A stretch of DNA of 64,000 nucleotides from Tubulanus polymorphus (Eukaryota > Animalia > Nemertea), in assembly GCF_964204645.1 (NCBI RefSeq), contig NC_134030.1:9513222-9577221 (forward strand), written 5' to 3'. Below, piece after piece: positions 38,676 to 46,232 of the stretch. The number at the start of each line of letters is the position of its first letter. Positions within the stretch are counted from its first letter, which is position 1. A model generated the notes under the pieces. The model saw only the letters and a list, made by a program, of their open reading frames with translations, was not told the DNA's origin and did no database searches. A program made the translations under genes and the position numbers.

Positions 38676-39860
38676 ATGGAAGGTGGAATATATGAAATAC
38701 AATCTCCAAGTGAAATGATATCAGATATATATTATATATTACCTTATGATGAATACAGTAAGTATTTTGGAGATTACTTTAATCAATTCAAATATAGAAT
38801 AAGTAAAATAAAAGATAATATTGAATATAAAATAGAAGATAATATTGAAACTAAAATAGAAGATAAGAATGATATTGAATATAAAATAGAAGATAATATT
38901 GAAACTAAAATAGAAGATAAGAATGATATTGAATATAAAATAGAAGATGTAACAGCATCTACATCTTATAATATACCCTCTACATATGATATTGAATCAA
39001 AAAAGACAAATGAAAAATATTGTGACGTATGTAAACAGTATAAAAGTTATAAGAATTGGGCAACTCATCTTAATTCACTCAAGCATAAGAAAAATAAGAA
39101 TAAGATTTTAAATGAATTGAATAATGATAGTGAAATTGATAATGATAATGTTAAAGAAGATAAATATCGTGAAGAATGTGATAAATATATAAGTCGTAGT
39201 AATTTTTCAAAGCATAAATTAACACAGATACATTTGGATAATATAGAAAGAAATATATGTGAAAAGTGTAATGTTGTTGTATTACCTAAAGATAGAATTA
39301 AACATGATAATTCTTTTGAACATACAATAAAAGCTGCTGATTTAAATAACCTTTATAGAGTACCAAATGTATTTTTTGATATCGAAAATAATGATCATAG
39401 GAAATTATATAGATCAATTTTTATCGATTATGTAAGAAATAATCCAAAACAAGTATTATTAGATATTAAAATTGGTCGGACGCGTATAAAAATTGATCTA
39501 AATAATTATTGGGGTATACATTATTTCATAAAATTTAAAAATATAGATTTTTTAACAGAATTGAAAAAAGTTGCTGCTAATGATAATATAAGTGATAACT
39601 TTGATGAAATAATTCAATACTATAGTTATGAAGATTTTTCACAGGATGTTATAAATAAAATAAGAAATGAAACAAAAAATAAATATAAAAATATAAGTGA
39701 AGACAAATTAAACCAATATATTTATTTAACTTATGAATTCTTTGCTAAGGGTTTGAATGTGGTTGATGGTTATCATTTTAAACTATTAGGTGAAAGAAGA
39801 TCGCAAGAATTAATAGATGCATGGCGCAAATTGTTTTTAGAATTAGAATCAGAAAAGTAA
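38676..39860 (+). CDS. Zinc-finger protein with an internal 18-aa tandem repeat
   Basis: 394 aa; C2H2 fingers (YCDVC..HLNSLKH; YREEC..HKLTQIH, first Cys lost; ICEKC..HDNSFEH); (DIEYKIEDNIETKIEDKN)n. Confidence 0.75.
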   Translation: MEGGIYEIQSPSEMISDIYYILPYDEYSKYFGDYFNQFKYRISKIKDNIEYKIEDNIETKIEDKNDIEYKIEDNIETKIEDKNDIEYKIEDVTASTSYNIPSTYDIESKKTNEKYCDVCKQYKSYKNWATHLNSLKHKKNKNKILNELNNDSEIDNDNVKEDKYREECDKYISRSNFSKHKLTQIHLDNIERNICEKCNVVVLPKDRIKHDNSFEHTIKAADLNNLYRVPNVFFDIENNDHRKLYRSIFIDYVRNNPKQVLLDIKIGRTRIKIDLNNYWGIHYFIKFKNIDFLTELKKVAANDNISDNFDEIIQYYSYEDFSQDVINKIRNETKNKYKNISEDKLNQYIYLTYEFFAKGLNVVDGYHFKLLGERRSQELIDAWRKLFLELESEK

Positions 39861-39887
39861 TTTAAAATATGAATATAATACCCTTTG

Positions 39888-40450
39888 TGTCTTTATTGTC
39901 TTTAGTAGTTTAGTACTTTTAGTACATAAAGAATAAATCTTTATTTTATTAGTAGTGAATAAAATTATTTTTAAAACTACTAAACTACTAAAGATAATAA
40001 AGACATAAATATATATATAACACTGTTTCAATAATTATATTTATTCATCTGATGGATTTTATATATTACTGTTTCAATAATTAAATCTATTTATCACACA
40101 TATTTATTATATATATCATAGATTTATCATTTATAAAAATTATTTATATATTTATTTTTCTAAGTACTAATTAAATAAAGATTTATTCTTTATGTACTAA
40201 AAGTACTAAACCTACTAAAGATAATAAAGACATAACAAACACATATAGATGTAATAAATATCATAGATTTATTTATCTCACAGATTTATTATATATATTT
40301 GATTCAGTAATAATAAATCTATATTTCTTTGTTATGTCTTTATTATCTTTAGTAGTTTAGTAGTTCTATTTTATTTTATTCACTACTAATAAAATAAAGA
40401 TTTATTCTTTATGTACTAAAAGTACTAAGGTACTAAAGATAATAAAGACA
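39888..40450. terminator. Nested inverted repeats between convergent gene blocks (putative terminator or origin)
   Basis: 39888-40017 is the reverse complement of ~40332-40450. Each arm is itself bounded by tgtctttatt(a/g)tctttagta / tactaaagataataaagaca. Partial third copy at ~40165-40235. Confidence 0.55.
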
Positions 40451-40497
40451 TTAGGGGAGGTATATAATACATATCTAATACATAGGTATACAAATAG

Positions 40498-41112
40498 TTA
40501 TTTTATAAATTTATATTCATATGGAAATTGTAATCTCAGTAATAATTTTGAACCTTTATTATTCTTTAATTTATTCATATATTCATCATGTAATTCAGGA
40601 GGTATAATTTGATTTTCCTCCAATGATTGTTGCATAGATTTTCTATCTTTGTTGTAGAATAAAACTAGAAATCTTATATTCTCTCTAAAATCTTTCACAA
40701 TTGAATTATATTTCTGATTTAAAACCCAAGTTGTTATCCCAAAATGTCTACCAGAGAAAGCTAAATAACACAACTCACTTTCTCTAATTTTAGAATCATG
40801 TAAATTTGCGCAATCATCAATAATAAATAATGTATTAGATCCTTTATAAATATCTAATGCAATTTTTATACAATTATCTAAATTATCTTTCACTGTTTTA
40901 GAATTTAATATAATAAACTTTTTATCTTTAAAAACTATATCTCTATTATACGTTTCATTCATTTCATAAGTTGGGCAGAATAATATTATGTTATCAAAAT
41001 GATTTTTATAAATAGTTTCTAACAAATCTAATATGAAATGTGTTTTACCACAATTTGTAACTCCAGTAACTAACATATTATGCGGTTCAAATATAAACAA
41101 ATCTTTATTCAT
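40498..41112 (-). CDS. A32/FtsK-HerA family DNA packaging ATPase
   Basis: Walker A GVTNCGKT, Walker B LFIIDD, GRHFGI..W.LNQ, FRENI. Confidence 0.93.
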   Translation of the reverse strand: MNKDLFIFEPHNMLVTGVTNCGKTHFILDLLETIYKNHFDNIILFCPTYEMNETYNRDIVFKDKKFIILNSKTVKDNLDNCIKIALDIYKGSNTLFIIDDCANLHDSKIRESELCYLAFSGRHFGITTWVLNQKYNSIVKDFRENIRFLVLFYNKDRKSMQQSLEENQIIPPELHDEYMNKLKNNKGSKLLLRLQFPYEYKFIK

Positions 41113-42190
41113 TTATTCTTTTAATTTCACTAGATAAAATCCATTCATTAAATTTATCATCATATCCTTTATATTTCACCAAAGAATACTTTTTTCCTTT
41201 AAGAGTTTTTGTTTTTAATACCTTTTCTATTTTGTATTCTATTTCATCTGGATTTGGTACTAATGATAATTCTTGTTCATAAAAATAACCTAATATTTCT
41301 TCATCTTTTAAATCAAACAATTTATAAACAAATGGTTTAGTTAATATTATCTTTTTAATCTTGAATATTTCTTCAGTAAAATTAGGGGTATAACCTTTAT
41401 AAAATGTTTTTCTATATTTAGAAATTCTTACGTGTTGTCCAATTTTAAATTTAGGTTCTCCAAAATCATGTGTAACAAATGCTCCATATAAATTATTCCA
41501 AACTATTTCTGAATTTTCTTCTTTTCTAGCTTGTATAGGTTTCATATTTATAGAACTATGTTTAGAATTATTATAACCTTTCACTAAATCATCTAACACA
41601 TCGATATATTTATCTGTTTCATTAGCAGTAAAATATTTCCACATTCTAGTTTTCAATGTTTTATTAAATCTTTCTATAACAGATGCTTTTTTATCTGAAT
41701 GTGTTGAAAAATATTCTACATCGTTATCAGATAATAGTTTTTTAAAATGTTTGTTATAAAATTCCTTACCTTCATCAAATTGTATCTTATCTGGAATAGC
41801 TTCTTTAAATATAGATTTAAAAGCATTTGTTACTTCTATACCAGTTTTATTTTTAATCGGGATACTCCATGCGTATCTACTGAATATATCTATAACATTT
41901 AGTATCCAAAAATATCCTTTGTTGTATTCCTCTAAGTTCTTCATATCAATTAAATCAGCTTGCCATTGTTGGTCAATATATGAAACCATTACTTTTCTTG
42001 TTAAATATTTTTTATCCATTTTCTTGTGGATTTGATATGTTGGTTGATTTTGTAACCATGATTTTAATTCACTATATTTTATATTGCTATTATCAGATTT
42101 AATTTTATTCCATAATTCTGAAACGTTAGAATATGATACTTCACTTTCTGGGTTATAATATAAATCTCTTAAATATTGTTCTTTTTTCAT
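41105..42190 (-). CDS. int: Retroviral-like (rve) DDE integrase with C-terminal chromodomain
   Basis: WQADLID, IDIFSRYAW, QFDEGKEF, IERFNKTLK, YNNSKHSSI; chromodomain YKIEKVL..LVKYKGY..FNEWI. Confidence 0.96.
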   Translation of the reverse strand: MKKEQYLRDLYYNPESEVSYSNVSELWNKIKSDNSNIKYSELKSWLQNQPTYQIHKKMDKKYLTRKVMVSYIDQQWQADLIDMKNLEEYNKGYFWILNVIDIFSRYAWSIPIKNKTGIEVTNAFKSIFKEAIPDKIQFDEGKEFYNKHFKKLLSDNDVEYFSTHSDKKASVIERFNKTLKTRMWKYFTANETDKYIDVLDDLVKGYNNSKHSSINMKPIQARKEENSEIVWNNLYGAFVTHDFGEPKFKIGQHVRISKYRKTFYKGYTPNFTEEIFKIKKIILTKPFVYKLFDLKDEEILGYFYEQELSLVPNPDEIEYKIEKVLKTKTLKGKKYSLVKYKGYDDKFNEWILSSEIKRINE

Positions 42191-42196
42191 CTTATT

Positions 42197-42625
42197 TTAA
42201 TCCATTAATAATATTTTAGATTTATTTTCATTTGATTTATGATTTGACTTATTTTCTGGTATAATAGGTTTATTGTCTGTACACGGATAACTAAGTTTCC
42301 GATCATCATTGGAATCATCTTTATCATCAGAATTGAATTTTGATTTATATATTACACCGGAGAATATAATAATTGTGATTAACCCAATTGTAATATATAA
42401 GTAATTATGAGATTCAGCTGTGCTGAATCTATTAGATGGATTATTATTTGAATCAATACCACCGTGTGGGTGCCGTACGGCATCATCAGATAATTTCTGT
42501 GATTCATTTATGTCAGTTAATTTCTTTTTCTTAGCTTTTTTTAATTCTGAAGATCTTTTACCTAATTCTCTTGCCCATTTAATTTGTTTATCGGATCTAA
42601 CCTTTTTCTTAACTCCATCACTCAT
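42197..42625 (-). CDS. Small basic protein with one TM helix
   Basis: 142 aa; Lys-rich N-terminus, YLYITIGLITIIIFSGVIY. Confidence 0.7.
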   Translation of the reverse strand: MSDGVKKKVRSDKQIKWARELGKRSSELKKAKKKKLTDINESQKLSDDAVRHPHGGIDSNNNPSNRFSTAESHNYLYITIGLITIIIFSGVIYKSKFNSDDKDDSNDDRKLSYPCTDNKPIIPENKSNHKSNENKSKILLMD

Positions 42626-43220
42626 TTATTTTAGTTAATTTTTGTTCCGATTCATTTTCTGTTTCGACGTTTGGTTGTAGTACATCTGTTTCGTTCTTAC
42701 CTGATTTATATTCCATAGGCTTGATGTTCGAAAATGTTATGACGCCAGTAGAAATTAATGTCATAACCGATCCTAATTGAAATGAAGCATATCCAACCCA
42801 TTTTTGTAATTCAGCCATAACTAAGTAGTCATTTTTCAAATCACTATATAATTTATTTTCATCATCAATTGGTATTAACTGGTTACATAACTTAGAATAA
42901 CATTTGACAATACCATTCGAAATAGAATCATTTATTTTAGATAATCTTGCCTCTTCATAAATCTTAAAATATTTTATTACTTTATCGGGTTTCATAGAGT
43001 CTAGTTCTTGAAAAGTTATTATTTTTCCTAAGAAGTCCTTAGATTTCCCGCCAGCAATTAATAATTCAAGATGATGCTTACAATATAAATAGTATTCATA
43101 ATCAATATTGTTATTAACTTGAATAGAATTAGAAACAACTGTATCTTTATTATCACTAATACCTAAATCATCTAATGTTTTTTCAATATCAATACTATTC
43201 TTATTAGATTTCTTTGACAT
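42618..43220 (-). CDS. Hypothetical viral protein
   Basis: 200 aa ORF with long T-run + TAAATG start and a hydrophobic segment near the C-terminus. Confidence 0.7.
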   Translation of the reverse strand: MSKKSNKNSIDIEKTLDDLGISDNKDTVVSNSIQVNNNIDYEYYLYCKHHLELLIAGGKSKDFLGKIITFQELDSMKPDKVIKYFKIYEEARLSKINDSISNGIVKCYSKLCNQLIPIDDENKLYSDLKNDYLVMAELQKWVGYASFQLGSVMTLISTGVITFSNIKPMEYKSGKNETDVLQPNVETENESEQKLTKINE

Positions 43221-43469
43221 TTATATTAGAGAAAAAAAGCAAAAAAAATATTATAAGTATTCTTCAAATGATACTAGATAGTTAAAGTTAAAGAACTCTA
43301 GTATTGACTACTGATACTAGCTATTTGAATTTAAAGAATTTCTATTCGGATCTATTCAAAATATAAAGTATTCTCTTTTTGAAAAGAAAATATAAAAAAT
43401 ATAATAGAATTCACTAGCTAGTTGAAGTTATTGTTTTTTTATTATATTTTATTTGAGATATATTATTCT

Positions 43470-44135
43470 TTAACCACTCATTAAAGACTCAACGTATTGT
43501 TCATTATTTGGATTATTATTCCATAATTCAATAAATTTCTTTGCTTTTGTTAACTGTTCTAAATATAACTGTAAATCTAGTTTATTAGATTTGGTTTGAT
43601 TTTCTTTCTTTTCTAAAGGCCTTAAATTTTTCCAACCCCAAATAAGTTTTTTATTGTATTCATCGTTCATGTTAAATTTAGATATTGGTAACACGTGATC
43701 AATATGGTAATAATCCCCATAATTATCTATATTCATTTTATCATCGAATTGAAATATAATCCATGATTTGAGAAATTCATCTGAACAACCCAATAAATTA
43801 GATAGTGTTTCTGAATGTGTTTCTTTGTTGAATAATTGTGTTAATCTAGTCCTTAAGCATTGTTTCAATCTAAAATTAAGATCTGTTTGATATCTTTCTC
43901 TCATATATTCTGTCATATAATCATTATAAGATTCTCTATTATCTTCTCGATATTGTTTGGTATATAGTTTAATACAAGTTTTACAATAATATTGAAAACC
44001 ATCTTTGCTAATCTTACGCTTACTAAATTCTGTTAATGATTTATCTAATTCACACTTAGAACACTTCTTGTAGTATATGTTTATAACACCAGTGTTATTT
44101 GTAATATTGATAGTTTGTGGTTGTTCTGGTTCCAT
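43470..44135 (-). CDS. HNH endonuclease with N-terminal Cys4 zinc finger
   Basis: KKCSKC...YYCKTC; YHIDHVLP...WKNLRPL..KENQTKSNK. Confidence 0.85.
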   Translation of the reverse strand: MEPEQPQTINITNNTGVINIYYKKCSKCELDKSLTEFSKRKISKDGFQYYCKTCIKLYTKQYREDNRESYNDYMTEYMRERYQTDLNFRLKQCLRTRLTQLFNKETHSETLSNLLGCSDEFLKSWIIFQFDDKMNIDNYGDYYHIDHVLPISKFNMNDEYNKKLIWGWKNLRPLEKKENQTKSNKLDLQLYLEQLTKAKKFIELWNNNPNNEQYVESLMSG

Positions 44136-44244
44136 TTATTATACGTATTTTTGCATGTTTGTAATAATGATTCATAGTAACAGCTGTAACAGCTGTGAAT
44201 TTATAGATTTATTCCATAGCTCTGTACATTGAATGTATATAGGT

Positions 44245-44502
44245 TCAAATAGAATCATTTTCTAGTATAAACATCGGATCCTCAACGTATTGTTCATTAT
44301 TTGGATCATTATTCCATAATTCAATAAATTTCTTTGCTTTTGTTAACTGTTCTGAATATTCTAGTTTCAATTCATTCTCTAAATGTGTTTTAGTTTTATT
44401 GTGTCTTGCTTTTTGGGATTTATCTATATCGATATTACATGTTGGACAGTAGTATTTATTTGCTTCCATTTTAATACTATATTTTTTATTAAAATTGAAC
44501 AT
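44245..44502 (-). CDS. Chimeric ORF: pPolB N-terminal zinc finger (from the TIR) fused to a duplicate of the HNH C-terminal tail
   Basis: Residues 1-49 match the pPolB N-terminus; EQLTKAKKFIELWNNDPNNEQYVE matches the end of 43470-44135. Confidence 0.55.
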   Translation of the reverse strand: MFNFNKKYSIKMEANKYYCPTCNIDIDKSQKARHNKTKTHLENELKLEYSEQLTKAKKFIELWNNDPNNEQYVEDPMFILENDSI

Positions 44503-45122
44503 AACACTTACCTCTCAACGCGTCCCGCCACGTGTGAGTCCCGCCTATTTATACTACTCAACAGTGGGGGAAACCCAGCTGCGTGTTGAGACTTGTAAAT
44601 TATGAGGCTTGTGATTGGCTAGTGTAATAGTAAAATACTCAACTGTGATTGGCTGGAAATACTAAACTGTGATTGGATAGAGTAATAGGGAATATTCAAC
44701 TGTGATTGGCTGGAAATACTCAACTGTGATTGGATAGAGTAATAGGGAATATTCAACTGTGATTGGCTGGAAATACTCAACTGTGATTGGCTAGCGTAAT
44801 ACTCAACTGTGATTGGCTAATGTAGTTTTCTAGATGGGTTGTTCTAGAATCAACATGTAATACGCAATACTCAACGTGTTGAGGCTTGTAAATTATGAGA
44901 CTTGTGATTAGATAGAGTAATAGGGGTTTAGTTGTTCTATATCAAAGGTTGAGAGGTTGAGGTTGATAAATTTTCCAAATGTTAAAATAATAATAATTTC
45001 TACTTGAATTAGGAGTGTACGCGACTAATTCAAGTAGAAATTATTGTTATTTTAACATTTGGAAAATTTCTCGACCTCGACCTTTCGACCTTTGGTATAG
45101 AACAACTAAACCCCTATTACTC
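44356..45122 (-). repeat. Right TIR including the terminal 208-nt imperfect palindrome (44915-45122)
   Basis: 44356-45019 matches the left TIR. 45019-45122 folds back on 44915-45018 with 10 mismatches and no indels. Confidence 0.9.
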
Positions 45123-45785
45123 ACATTGAAGTCCCTCTGGAGTCTCGGCGAGTATAACCGTATCATCAGCATATAACAGTAATAAGAGTTCGAATGTACC
45201 TAAGTAGATTTCATCATAATCAGTGCTTTTAACATGTTCTTCCATATCATTGATAAAAAGATTAAAAAGAAGAGGGGATAAACACTCTCCCTGTCTTACT
45301 CCAATGTTACATACAAAATACTCAGTGAAATTGTTATACTGCTTTACGCACGATTTCGTCGTTCTATACATGGAGTGTATTATTCTAAGGATTTTACCAG
45401 ATAAACCATTACTATGGAGTTGGTTCATCAAAATTGACTGATCAACCAAGTCAAAAGCTTTAAAAAAATCTAGGAAAGCAGCATAGACTTTGTTACCCTT
45501 ACTAATAAAATGATTTATAACTGAATTTAGGACAAATATTTGATATATGGTGCTGTATGAAGGACTAAAACCTGCTTGCGATTCTGTGAGAACTGAAAAA
45601 GCCTCACACCAGGAAGTTAATCTTGTATTTAATATGGTTGAGAACAACTTTCCAAAAACAGACAGTATAGTAATGCCTCTAAAGTTATTCGCATTAGAAG
45701 TGGGCCCCTTCTTATGAACTGGTACTATGTATCCCATACTCCAACTTTCAGGATATATGCCACTCTCAAAAATCAAATTAAATAG
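45123..45785 (-). pseudogene. Non-LTR retrotransposon (LINE) reverse transcriptase fragment, truncated by the Polinton end
   Basis: IVPVHKKG, NFRGITIL, QAGF, FLDFFKAFD, GVRQGECLSPLLF, LLYADD. The ORF stop is supplied by TIR sequence. Confidence 0.92.
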
Positions 45786-46232
45786 AATAGTTTAGAGGTT
45801 TTTGAAATGATTAAATAAGCTGTTTGAATCAGGTAGTTTACATTCAGGCGTAGAACCTTTAAATTTTGTCCACAGATCTCTATGATTATTGTTGTCATTA
45901 AATCATTGGTACCGCCGACCAGTTAAATAAGTCGACGGTTCTCGAATCGTCGGCATCGTCGACCAATAAAGACGGTTGCCTAGGTCAAACTACAAAATAA
46001 CACCTTTTTCAAAAAATTAGTGAAATTACTTGACGCACTATAATATGACCGTATATTGGACTTGACCCAGTACCACACGATTCCTGCAGATTTGATTCCA
46101 TTTGATTCTTTGTGAATTGTGTTGATTCATACATATGATCTTATCTAGACGATTAAGACGGACAGCTAAAATGTGATCTATATTGATTGTTTTTAATTCG
46201 GTTTATGAATGCATCGGTTGGTCATATTTTAG

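Larger units (their letters stand above)
27088..45122. mobile_element. Endogenous Polinton/Maverick (adintovirus-like) DNA virus, ~18 kb
   Basis: Long TIRs plus pPolB, penton, MCP, A32-like ATPase and rve integrase. Gene-dense, apparently intronless, much more AT-rich than the flanks. Confidence 0.97.

Noticed and set aside
27103-45004. Element boundaries at AGTAG...CTACT with a 6-bp TSD
   Set aside because: The flanks (aattca / tgaatt) are inverted rather than direct, and TIR identity continues outward.
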